DNA of 51,610 nt, taken from positions 1 to 51,610 of the forward strand of contig URNF01000001.1 in assembly GCA_900549155.1 (NCBI GenBank). Direction: 5' to 3'. Shown here piece by piece: positions 16,328-24,916 of this stretch. The notes under the pieces were generated by a model, which saw only the letters and a list, made by a program, of their open reading frames with translations, was not told the DNA's origin and made no database searches. Within the stretch, counting starts at the first letter, position 1. Each line of letters starts with the position of its first letter. The position numbers were made by a program, and so were the translations under genes. This stretch comes from an uncultured Oscillospiraceae bacterium. GTDB taxonomy: Bacteria; Bacillota; Clostridia; Oscillospirales; Acutalibacteraceae.

Positions 16328-17323
16328 ATGAAAAGAATTCTGCGTATCCTTTGCGCGGGAACGGCGCTCGTGCTGCTTTTATCCATGGCGGCATGCGGCA
16401 AAACGGGCGACAAGACCAGGGTGCGGGTGTGCGAGGTCACCCACTCGGTGTTCTATGCGCCGCAATATGTAGCGATCGCCCGCGGCTTTTTTGCCGAAGA
16501 GGGGATCGACATCGACCTCTCCAACGGGCAGGGCGCCGACGCGGTGATGAGTGCGGTGCTGTCCGGGAATATGGACATAGGCTTTGCCGGCCCGGAAGCG
16601 TCGGTATATGTGTACAATGAGGGCAAGACCGACTACACGCAGGTGTTCGCACAGATCACCCGCCGCGACGGCTCCTTCCTCGTCGCACGCGAAAAGGATG
16701 ACGCTTTCAACTGGCAAAAGCTGAAGGGCAAGGTCGTGCTGCCCGGCCGCAAGGGCGGCGTGCCGTATATGGCGCTCGAATATGCGCTGCGGCAAAACGG
16801 CGTGGATCCCGCAAAGGATCTGACGCTCGACAGCAGCGTGCAGTTCTCCATGATGACCGCAGCGTTCACCGCGGGCACAGGCGACTATTTCACCTGCTTT
16901 GAACCGACCGCATCCATGCTGGAAGCGGAGGGCAAGGGCTACATCGTTGCCGCTGTCGGCGATGCCGCGGGCGAGATCCCCTACACTGCCTATTTTGCCA
17001 AGAAAAGCTATATCGAGAAAAACAGCGACCTCATCGCCGCGTTCACCCGCGCGGTATACAAGGGACAGCAATGGGTGAAGACCCACACCGCCGCCGAGAT
17101 CGCCGACGCGATCAAAGAGCAATTTCCCGACACCTCGGCAGAGCTGCTGACCGCTTCCGTGGAGCGGTATCAGAAGATCGGCGCTTTCTGCGACACCCCC
17201 GTGATGTCCGAGGCGTCGTTCACACTGCTGCAAAAGGTGATCGCCGAGGCAGGCGAGCTTTCCTCTCCCGCACCGTTTGACAAGGTGGTCAACAACACCT
17301 TTGCCGACAAAGCCGTAAAATAG
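16328..17323 (+). CDS. ABC substrate-binding lipoprotein, NMT1/THI5-like (NitT/TauT family)
   Basis: SD GAGGAGG upstream of ATG 16328. MKRILRILCAGTALVLLLSMAACGK carries a lipobox, and the body is SsuA/THI5-like. Confidence 0.85.
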   Translation: MKRILRILCAGTALVLLLSMAACGKTGDKTRVRVCEVTHSVFYAPQYVAIARGFFAEEGIDIDLSNGQGADAVMSAVLSGNMDIGFAGPEASVYVYNEGKTDYTQVFAQITRRDGSFLVAREKDDAFNWQKLKGKVVLPGRKGGVPYMALEYALRQNGVDPAKDLTLDSSVQFSMMTAAFTAGTGDYFTCFEPTASMLEAEGKGYIVAAVGDAAGEIPYTAYFAKKSYIEKNSDLIAAFTRAVYKGQQWVKTHTAAEIADAIKEQFPDTSAELLTASVERYQKIGAFCDTPVMSEASFTLLQKVIAEAGELSSPAPFDKVVNNTFADKAVK

Positions 17324-17325
17324 CA

Positions 17326-17357
17326 AAAAGAGCGCTGCCTTTCGGCAGCGCTCTTTT
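17326..17357 (+). terminator. Rho-independent terminator
   Basis: AAAAGAGCGCTGCC tttc GGCAGCGCTCTTTT. Confidence 0.85.
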
Positions 17358-17554
17358 CCGTTCGCGTTTTGTAAAAATGCTCTTTTGCATCTTAAAAATG
17401 CGCTTTTGCGTCCTGCGGACTTTTTTGACAGTCTCATGACAAAATATTGATAAAAAAACGCAAAATTGGGGGTAGTAATTCACAAAAGGATGTGCTACCA
17501 TAGAGACAGAAAAAAAGGCGGATATCCCGCCATCGGAAAAAGGAGATGTACAGT

Positions 17555-18520
17555 ATGAAACTCAGCGTTTTGACAGTCCCGCTGCAGGGCATGCCCGCAG
17601 AGGATGCGTTCAAGTATCTGCACTCCCTCGGCGTGGAAGCGGTGGAGCTGGGTACCGGCGGGTACACCAACAACAACCACTTAAAGCCCGAAGTGTATCT
17701 GGCGGATGACCGCAAGATCGAAGAATACAAGGCGCTGCTGGCAAAGTACGATCTGACCATCAGCGCGCTGTCCTGCCACGGCAACCCCGTTCACCCGAAC
17801 AAGGAGATTGCCGCGAACTACCACAAGATTTTTGTGGACACCTGCAAGCTGGCGCAGAAGCTCGGCGTCGAGACCGTCGTGACCTTCTCGGGCTGCCCCG
17901 GTGACTGCGAGCATTCCGAGCGTCCGAACTGGGTGACCTGTTCCTGGCCGCCGGAGTACGGTGAGACGCTCAACTGGCAGTGGAACGAGGTGCTCATTCC
18001 CTATTGGAAAGAAGCGGCGAAGATCGCGGAGTCCTATGGCGTCAAGAAGATCGCTTTTGAGATGCATCCGGGCTTCTGCGTCTATAACCCCGCGACGATG
18101 CTGCGCCTGCGCAACGCCGTCGGCGACATTCTCGGTGCCAACTTCGACCCGTCGCACCTCATTTGGCAGGGCATGGATCCTGTCGCGGCGCTGCGCGAGC
18201 TGAAGGGTGCTGTGTATCATTTCCATGCCAAGGACACCAAGGTCGACCCCTACAACAAGGCGAAAAACGGCGTCCTCGACACCGGATCCTACGGCGATCT
18301 GCTGGATCGCAGCTGGGTGTTCCGCACCATCGGCTACGGCTCCGACATGAACATGTGGAAGGACATGATCTCCACGCTGCGCATGATCGGCTATGACGGC
18401 GCGGTCAGCATCGAGCATGAGGACGGTCTCATGTCGGTCAAAGAGGGGCTGGAAAAAGCTATCTCCTTCCTCAAGGAAGTTATCATCAACGAACAGCCTG
18501 CTGCCATGTGGTGGGCATAA
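17555..18520 (+). CDS. Sugar phosphate isomerase/epimerase (xylose isomerase-like TIM barrel)
   Basis: AP-endonuclease-2/TIM-barrel-like sequence (VELGTGGY..., FEMHPGF..., SIEHED). ATG 17555 lies 9 nt after SD AAAGGAG. Confidence 0.85.
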   Translation: MKLSVLTVPLQGMPAEDAFKYLHSLGVEAVELGTGGYTNNNHLKPEVYLADDRKIEEYKALLAKYDLTISALSCHGNPVHPNKEIAANYHKIFVDTCKLAQKLGVETVVTFSGCPGDCEHSERPNWVTCSWPPEYGETLNWQWNEVLIPYWKEAAKIAESYGVKKIAFEMHPGFCVYNPATMLRLRNAVGDILGANFDPSHLIWQGMDPVAALRELKGAVYHFHAKDTKVDPYNKAKNGVLDTGSYGDLLDRSWVFRTIGYGSDMNMWKDMISTLRMIGYDGAVSIEHEDGLMSVKEGLEKAISFLKEVIINEQPAAMWWA

Positions 18521-18534
18521 GAGGGGCACTTTCT

Positions 18535-19587
18535 ATGAAAAAATGCAATCTCGTCGTCGTGGGCTACGGCGGCATGGGCGGCGGCTTCCATGTGCGGCAC
18601 GCACTGGAAAGCGATGTTGTCAACCTTTTGGGCATTTATGACATTCTCCCCGAGCGGCGCGAAGCTGCCCGCGAAAAGGGCATTTTTGCCTATGAAACGC
18701 TCGATGATGTGCTTGCCGACGAGCGGGTGGATCTCATCACCGTGGCGATCCCGAACGACTCCCACAAGGACGTTGTCGTCAAAGCGCTGAACGCCGGGAA
18801 AAACGTCATTTGCGAAAAGCCGGTGGCGCTGTCGGTGGCGGAGCTTGACGAAATGATTGCCGCCGCAGAGAAGAACCAAAAGCTGTTCACCGTGCATCAG
18901 AACCGCCGCTGGGACGTCGATTATCTTGCGATGAAGCAGGTGGCAAACAGCGGGGAGATCGGCGAGCTTCTCAACATCGAATCCCGCATCCACGGCTCGC
19001 GCGGCATTCCGAGCGACTGGCGCGGCGTGAAGAAGCACGGCGGCGGCATGCTGTATGACTGGGGCATCCACCTCATCGACCAGATCATGATGATCATTCC
19101 CGAGACCGTGACCGCTGTCGATTGCCGTTTTGACCACATCACCAACAAGGAAGTGGACGACGGTTTCAAGCTGACCATGACCTTTGCCAGCGGCAAGGAA
19201 GCCTATGTCGAGGTCGGCACCTATAACTTCATTGCCATGCCGCGCTTTTATATGCGCTGCAAGGACGGCACGGCGCTCATCACCGACTGGCGGGAGAACT
19301 GCAAGGTCGTCAAATGCAAATACTGGCATGAAAACGACGTGCTGCCCGTACAGACCGCTGCCGGTCTTACCAAGACCATGGCGCCGCGTGACGACATCAC
19401 CACCGACACCTATGAGATCGCACAGCCCCATTCGGATGTGCACGACTTCTACCGCAACGTCTGCAAGGCGATCGCGGGCGAGGAAACGCAGCTTGTCACC
19501 CATGCGCAGCTGCGCCGCGTGATGCAGGTCATCGAAGCGTCCTTCCGTTCGGCGGAGGAAAAGCAGGTCGTCTCCTGCGACATCTGA
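18535..19587 (+). CDS. Gfo/Idh/MocA family NAD(P)-dependent oxidoreductase
   Basis: The N-terminal Rossmann segment is MKKCNLVVVGYGGMGGGFH, and EKP occurs in the motif VICEKPVAL. It is adjacent to, and likely co-transcribed with, the isomerase gene. Confidence 0.9.
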   Translation: MKKCNLVVVGYGGMGGGFHVRHALESDVVNLLGIYDILPERREAAREKGIFAYETLDDVLADERVDLITVAIPNDSHKDVVVKALNAGKNVICEKPVALSVAELDEMIAAAEKNQKLFTVHQNRRWDVDYLAMKQVANSGEIGELLNIESRIHGSRGIPSDWRGVKKHGGGMLYDWGIHLIDQIMMIIPETVTAVDCRFDHITNKEVDDGFKLTMTFASGKEAYVEVGTYNFIAMPRFYMRCKDGTALITDWRENCKVVKCKYWHENDVLPVQTAAGLTKTMAPRDDITTDTYEIAQPHSDVHDFYRNVCKAIAGEETQLVTHAQLRRVMQVIEASFRSAEEKQVVSCDI

Positions 19588-19606
19588 ACTTATATTCAAG
19601 CAAAAA

Positions 19607-19641
19607 GCGCTGTCCGCAAAACGCGGGCAGCGCATTTTTTT
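19607..19641 (+). terminator. Rho-independent terminator
   Basis: GCGCTGTCCGC...GCGGGCAGCGC followed by ATTTTTTT. Confidence 0.75.
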
Positions 19642-19647
19642 GCCGTC

Positions 19648-19686
19648 AAAAGCGGGACAGTCGTCTAAGCGACTGCCCCGCTTTTT
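19648..19686. terminator. Second, bidirectional-looking hairpin terminator in the convergent gap
   Basis: AAAAGCGGGACAGTCG...CGACTGCCCCGCTTTTT, with A and T runs on either side. Confidence 0.65.
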
Positions 19687-19776
19687 GATCATTTCACAGC
19701 ATATTTTTTCTTTTTGCGCACAGCCGCCGTGCCGCCCGCATTCCGAAAGAAATGCGGGCGGTTTGCCGTCGTGTTT

Positions 19777-21405
19777 TCAGTTTTTGCTTTCTGCCAGCTT
19801 GCAGGTCACGGTGAAAGTGGTCTTTTCGCCGCTGCGGTTGTCGAGCCGCAGGATGGACAGCTGCACCTCGTCGCCCACGGAGTGCTTGGCAAGCGCCGCG
19901 CGCAGATCGCCGTAGCCGGAGATGTCGGTGCCGTCGATGGCGGTGATGAGATCGCCGACCGCCGCGTTCGTGTTCTTCAGCACGGAGTCGCTGTTGATGG
20001 ACTGGATGACAAACCCGTGATAGCCGTTGCTGTTCACCGAATAGCCGGTGATGCCGAGCTGCACACGTCCCTTGACATAGCCGTATTTGGTGAGATCGTC
20101 GATGATGGTCTTTGCCTCGTTGATCGGGATGGAGAAGCCGAGACCCTCGACATCGGTGGAAGCGATCTTCGCGGAGTTGATGCCGATGACCTGACCCTGG
20201 TTGTTGATGAGCGGGCCGCCGGAGTTGCCGGGGTTGATGGCGGCGTCGGTCTGCAGGCACTTGATGGAATAGCCGGTGTCCTCATACACATCGCGGGCAA
20301 GACCGGAAATGATGCCCTGCGTTGCCGACCATTGCAGACCGCCCGCGTTGCCGAGCGCGATCACGCGTGTGCCGAGCACCATTTTGGAGGAGTCGCCGAA
20401 TTCCGCCGGGGAAAGATCGGTGGCTTCCACCTTGATGACCGCAAGGTCGGTGGACTGATCCGCGCCGATGACCTTTGCGTTTTTATACACCTTGCCGTTG
20501 TGCAGCGTGACATCGACCTCGTCATATTGCTTGCCGGTGTCCGTGTCGGTTACAACGTGCCAGTTGGTGATGATATAGCCGTCCTTTGTCATAACAATGC
20601 CGCTGCCGGAACCGACCTGGGTGAGCGATGCCGTGCCGAAGGCATAGGCGGAGTTATTGCCGTTTTTCATCTGATAGATGGTGATGACCACGGTGGAATC
20701 GAGGTTCTTGTTGATGACCTCCGTCGCGGTCAGCCCGCCGTCGTTATCCGACCAGTCGGTGATGTTCAGCGTCGGGGCGTTGTCGTTGATAACATTGTCG
20801 CCCGTGCTGTCATTATCCTTCTTGTCGGTAACGGTAGAGCCGATGTCGGAAACATTCGAAGAGATCGTTCTGCCGAGCGAGAACGCCACCGTGATGGTGA
20901 GCACCAGCACCGCCAGCACGCCGACAACGGACAAAGCGATGATCGCGCCGGTGTGCTTGCGCTTTTTCGGCGGCTGCGGCGGCGTGACGAAATTGCCGGT
21001 ATAGGGCGGCGGCGTTGCTCCGCCGCCGTTTTGGGCGTGATACCACTGGGTCTGCGGCGGCTGCGGATGCGCCGTCTGGTGCGGCATGCCCGCATAGGGG
21101 TTTGCGCGCCAATCCGTTTTCGGCGCTTCCCCCGCCTGCGGCGCACCCGTTTCGGGCTGCGCGGTCTCGTGCTGCCCCGCAGGCTGTTCCTGCACGGGCT
21201 CCGTCTGCACAGGCTCTGCCTGCGCGGGCTGCTCCTGGACGGGTGCAGCCGTCTCCGACTGCGCGTCACTGCGCCATTCACCGGCGGTATATGCCGGTTT
21301 GTCATATTGCGGCGTTGCCGTCACCGACGGTGTGTCGTCGACAGGCGGCGTGACCTTCTTTTCTTCTTCGGGTGTTTCCTTGTTCCAATCGTTCCAATCA
21401 GACAT
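19777..21405 (-). CDS. htrA: HtrA/DegP-family serine protease with PDZ domain and a Pro/Gln/Glu-rich N-terminal region
   Basis: Catalytic triad contexts TNWHVV, DLAVIKV and GNSGGPLIN. It has one TM (IIALSVVGVLAVLVLTITVAF) and a C-terminal PDZ-like segment. Confidence 0.9.
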   Translation of the reverse strand: MSDWNDWNKETPEEEKKVTPPVDDTPSVTATPQYDKPAYTAGEWRSDAQSETAAPVQEQPAQAEPVQTEPVQEQPAGQHETAQPETGAPQAGEAPKTDWRANPYAGMPHQTAHPQPPQTQWYHAQNGGGATPPPYTGNFVTPPQPPKKRKHTGAIIALSVVGVLAVLVLTITVAFSLGRTISSNVSDIGSTVTDKKDNDSTGDNVINDNAPTLNITDWSDNDGGLTATEVINKNLDSTVVITIYQMKNGNNSAYAFGTASLTQVGSGSGIVMTKDGYIITNWHVVTDTDTGKQYDEVDVTLHNGKVYKNAKVIGADQSTDLAVIKVEATDLSPAEFGDSSKMVLGTRVIALGNAGGLQWSATQGIISGLARDVYEDTGYSIKCLQTDAAINPGNSGGPLINNQGQVIGINSAKIASTDVEGLGFSIPINEAKTIIDDLTKYGYVKGRVQLGITGYSVNSNGYHGFVIQSINSDSVLKNTNAAVGDLITAIDGTDISGYGDLRAALAKHSVGDEVQLSILRLDNRSGEKTTFTVTCKLAESKN

Positions 21406-21485
21406 TATGCACACGACCTTTCGTGGAATTTTCTTTATCTTTACTATACCGACGGAATGTGTCGTTTTCTTGAAGAAAGCGTGAT

Positions 21486-22934
21486 TTACTTTTGAATTTG
21501 ATCGGGCAGCCAGAAGGAAAACTCGGTATAGTCTCCCTCGACCGACCGCACCAGCACCTCACCCTTGTGCAGCGCCACTGCCGTTTGAACAATATACAGT
21601 CCGAGTCCGATGCCGTTTTTGTCCAGCCCGCGCGAGCGGTCGCTCTTATAGAACCGTTCAAAGATGCGCGGCATCTCCTCGGCGGGGATGCCCGCGCCCG
21701 TGTTGCGGATGCTGCACACCGTGCGGTCGTCCTGCTTCTCCATATGGATGCAGATGCTGCCGCCCGCATTCGTAAATTTTACGGCGTTATCGAGCAGATT
21801 ATACAGCACCTGCCCCAAAAGATCATAGTCGCCGTGCACGGGCATCGGCTCTGCATCCTCAAGTCCCTCGATGGTGATGGATTTTTCCTCGATGCGCTTT
21901 TCAAACGTCAGAAGCGTCTGCCCCGTCAGCCTCAAAAGATCGAAGTCGACCATGTTGAGCCGCAGCTGCCCGCTGTCGATGCGGGACAGCGACAGCATGG
22001 TTTTCACAAGGCGCGAAAGCCGTTTTATCTCATCCGACACGATCTTGAGATAATAGTCCCGCTTTTCGGCGGGGATCGTGCCGTCCAGTATGCCGTCGAT
22101 GAAACCGGCGATGGTCGTCATCGGGGTGCGCAGCTCATGCGACACGTTGGCGACAAAGCTGCGGCGCATGGTCTCCACAGAGGACAGCGACCGCGCCATG
22201 GAATTGAGCGCATGCGCCAGCTCCGCCGTTTCGTCCCTGCCGCTGACCTTGACTTGATAGCTGAAATCGCCCTCGGCGAATTTGCGCGTTGCCTGCGCCA
22301 TTTCGCGCAGCGGACGCACCATGTGCTCGGTCATGATATACAGTGCTACGAATGTCAGCGTCAGAACACCCAGCGCCGCTAAAAGCGAGATCTGAATGTT
22401 GCTGCGCAGATACTGTCCGAGACCGCTTGCAGGCAGCGACACAAACACATAGCCGAGGAGCTTTCCGTCGTGGCGGATGGGAACACCGGCGGTGTATTGC
22501 CGGTCCTTATACAGGCCGTTGAGCGTGCTGACGGCATAAAACTCCGTGCCGTCGGCATCAAACGCGCCTGCAAGCGACACCACACCCTCGGTGGACATTT
22601 CGTCTCCGTTTTCATCGCACATGATGAGCACGGTGCCGTCCATGTCGGAGATCACCACCGTGCAGTCCATCGTCATGGACAGCAGCTTGATGAACGGCGA
22701 AAGCGTGGATTTCTCGATGCGGTAGACCGTCATGCCGTCGCTTTCCCTGACCGGCGACACGCCGTCGGCGGTGTGGGTGGCGATGGTCTGGGCGTTATCC
22801 GCCAAAAGGCGGTGCTTTTCGTCCAGCCAATAGCGCGAGGACAAAAACAGCTGTGCGCCCTGCATCGCCAAAAAGCTGAACACGATGATGGCGGAGATGA
22901 CCGCAAAATATTTTGAAAAAATACTTTTGAACAT
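21486..22934 (-). CDS. Sensor histidine kinase (two TM, HAMP, HisKA, HATPase_c)
   Basis: H-box VSHELRTPMTTI, N-box LLDNAVKFT and G-boxes RNTGAGI and GIGLGL. Confidence 0.9.
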   Translation of the reverse strand: MFKSIFSKYFAVISAIIVFSFLAMQGAQLFLSSRYWLDEKHRLLADNAQTIATHTADGVSPVRESDGMTVYRIEKSTLSPFIKLLSMTMDCTVVISDMDGTVLIMCDENGDEMSTEGVVSLAGAFDADGTEFYAVSTLNGLYKDRQYTAGVPIRHDGKLLGYVFVSLPASGLGQYLRSNIQISLLAALGVLTLTFVALYIMTEHMVRPLREMAQATRKFAEGDFSYQVKVSGRDETAELAHALNSMARSLSSVETMRRSFVANVSHELRTPMTTIAGFIDGILDGTIPAEKRDYYLKIVSDEIKRLSRLVKTMLSLSRIDSGQLRLNMVDFDLLRLTGQTLLTFEKRIEEKSITIEGLEDAEPMPVHGDYDLLGQVLYNLLDNAVKFTNAGGSICIHMEKQDDRTVCSIRNTGAGIPAEEMPRIFERFYKSDRSRGLDKNGIGLGLYIVQTAVALHKGEVLVRSVEGDYTEFSFWLPDQIQK

Positions 22935-22939
22935 CCCCG

Positions 22940-23644
22940 TCAGTCTCCCTTGAAGTCGTCCTTCACTTCAAATTTATAGCCGACGCCCCAAACGGTCTTG
23001 AGCGTCCACTGCGGCGAAACGCCGTCGAGCTTTTCTCTCAGCCGCTTGATGTGCACGTCCACGGTGCGGCTGTCGCCGTAGTATTCAAAGCCCCACACCT
23101 CGTCGAGCAGCTGGTCGCGCGTGAACACGCGGTTGGGGTTGCTCGCCAGATGATAGATAAGCTCCATTTCCTTGGGCGGCGTGTCCACCGGCTTGCCGTT
23201 GACGCGCATCTCGAAGGTCTCCATGTTGATGGTCAGCTTATCATAGCGCAGCTCGCGGTATTTTTTCTGCCCGTCCGCACCGCTGCGGCGCAAGACCGCC
23301 TTGATGCGCGCCATGACTTCCTTTGTCTCAAAGGGCTTGACGATATAGTCGTCGGCGCCGAGCTCCAGCCCCAAAACCTTATCGAACACCTCACCCTTGG
23401 CGGTGAGCATGATAATCGGCACATCGGATTTCTTGCGCAGCTCGCGGCAGACCTGCCAGCCGTCCAGCTGCGGCATCATCACGTCCAAAAGGATCAGATC
23501 GGGCTGCTCGCGGTCGAAATGTTCGAGCGCCAGCGCGCCGTTTTCCTCGATCACCGCTTCATACCCTTCCTTTTCCAGATACAACCGCAAAAGCTCACAG
23601 ATGTTGCTGTCGTCGTCCACGACCATGATTTTCAGTGCAGCCAT
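22940..23644 (-). CDS. OmpR-family response regulator
   Basis: Receiver motifs VVDDD, LILLDVMMP and MLTAKG, plus a winged-helix C-terminus (TVDVHIKRLREKL...TVWGVGYKF). I chose ATG 23644. Confidence 0.9.
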   Translation of the reverse strand: MAALKIMVVDDDSNICELLRLYLEKEGYEAVIEENGALALEHFDREQPDLILLDVMMPQLDGWQVCRELRKKSDVPIIMLTAKGEVFDKVLGLELGADDYIVKPFETKEVMARIKAVLRRSGADGQKKYRELRYDKLTINMETFEMRVNGKPVDTPPKEMELIYHLASNPNRVFTRDQLLDEVWGFEYYGDSRTVDVHIKRLREKLDGVSPQWTLKTVWGVGYKFEVKDDFKGD

Positions 23645-23705
23645 TGTCATTCCCCTTCCTTTTTCTTTCAGTATACTTGCATTTTCCGCAGTGTGTATGA
23701 ACAAA

Positions 23706-24815
23706 TCATAAATTCAGTATGTGTGCAATGAGTGTATTGGAAATTAAAAATCCCTCAGGCGTGAGGGCGATCCCGTCGTCCGTCACCCGCAAAAACGTCG
23801 GCGGCAGCGCCCTTGCCCGCGCGATCCACGCAGGCGGCAGCTCCTTTCGGAACCGCTCTCTGAAGGCTGCGGCGGAAAGCCCCGCCGTCAGGCGCAGACG
23901 CAAAAGTGCAAATTCCTCTTCGCTCCCCGACGGCAGTGCGTCGTCCTCTTCCGCCGTCACCCCGCCGCCGTTCATGAAAGCGGCAAGATCGCGCGGATAG
24001 TAAAACCGCCTGCCGTCAAAAAAGGAATGGGCGGCGGGGCCGAAGCCGAGATACGGCGCGCCTGTCCAATATTTGAGATTGTGGCGGCTCTCAAAGCCGG
24101 GCTTTGCAAAGTTCGAAATTTCATATTGCGCAAAGCCCGCCCTTTCGAGCGCCGCGACCGCCGCAAGATACAGCTCTGCCGCCGTGTCGTCGTCGGGCAG
24201 AGACAGCGTGTCCCGCAATTTCTCAAACGGCGTCCCTTCCTCTATCTTGAGAAGATAAGCGGAAACGTGCTGCACACCGAGCGCCGCACAGGTCTCAACA
24301 TCCGCCGTGACCGCTGCCGCGTCCTGTCCCGGCACCGCCAGCATCAAATCGAGCGAAATATTTTCTATCCCCGCCCTGCGGGCGTCCGCGACCGTGCGCG
24401 CCACATCGTGCGGCGTGTGCCGCCTGCCGAGCGTTTTCAGACGGTCGGATGAGGACGCCTGCATGCCGAGCGACAGGCGGTTGCCGCCCGCAGCGGCAAA
24501 GGCAGAAAGCGTTTCATAGAGATCGTCCGCAGGATTGGCTTCCAGCGTCACTTCCGCGTCGTCCGACAGCGAAAATCGCTTTCTTGCCGCCGCAATGACG
24601 GCGGTGAGAGCTTTCCCGCCGAGCAGCGACGGCGTGCCGCCGCCGAAATACAGCGTGTCGGCAAAGACGCCGTCATACCTCTCCATTTCCCGCACGACAG
24701 CCGCCGCATACCGCTTTCGCATATCCGCGTCCACAGCCGCCAGCGGCAGCGAATAAAAATCGCAATAGGGGCACTTCGAGACGCAAAACGGCACATGCAC
24801 ATAAATTCCGGTCAT
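23706..24815 (-). CDS. hemW: Radical SAM heme chaperone HemW (HemN-like)
   Basis: N-terminal YVHVPFCVSKCPYCDFYS (CxxxCxxC), about 370 aa, HemN_C-like tail. Confidence 0.9.
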   Translation of the reverse strand: MTGIYVHVPFCVSKCPYCDFYSLPLAAVDADMRKRYAAAVVREMERYDGVFADTLYFGGGTPSLLGGKALTAVIAAARKRFSLSDDAEVTLEANPADDLYETLSAFAAAGGNRLSLGMQASSSDRLKTLGRRHTPHDVARTVADARRAGIENISLDLMLAVPGQDAAAVTADVETCAALGVQHVSAYLLKIEEGTPFEKLRDTLSLPDDDTAAELYLAAVAALERAGFAQYEISNFAKPGFESRHNLKYWTGAPYLGFGPAAHSFFDGRRFYYPRDLAAFMNGGGVTAEEDDALPSGSEEEFALLRLRLTAGLSAAAFRERFRKELPPAWIARARALPPTFLRVTDDGIALTPEGFLISNTLIAHILNL

Positions 24816-24866
24816 GAAAGTCCCCCCCTTTTTATTTCCAGTTTAACATTTCCCCGCTCTTTTGTC

Positions 24867-24906
24867 AAAAAAAGGGGAGCTGCGGCAGTCATCTGCCGCA
24901 GCTCCC
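24867..24906 (-). terminator. Rho-independent terminator of clpB
   Basis: GGGAGCTGCGGCAG tcat CTGCCGCAGCTCCC, with a T-run on the minus strand. Confidence 0.8.
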
Positions 24907-24916
24907 AAAGGTCGTC

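Noticed and set aside
21015-21345. Repetitive-looking GC-rich stretch inside htrA.
   Set aside because: It encodes the low-complexity Pro/Gln/Glu/Ala-rich N-terminal linker of the protease (EQPAQAEPVQTEPVQEQPAGQ...). It is not a discrete DNA repeat element.
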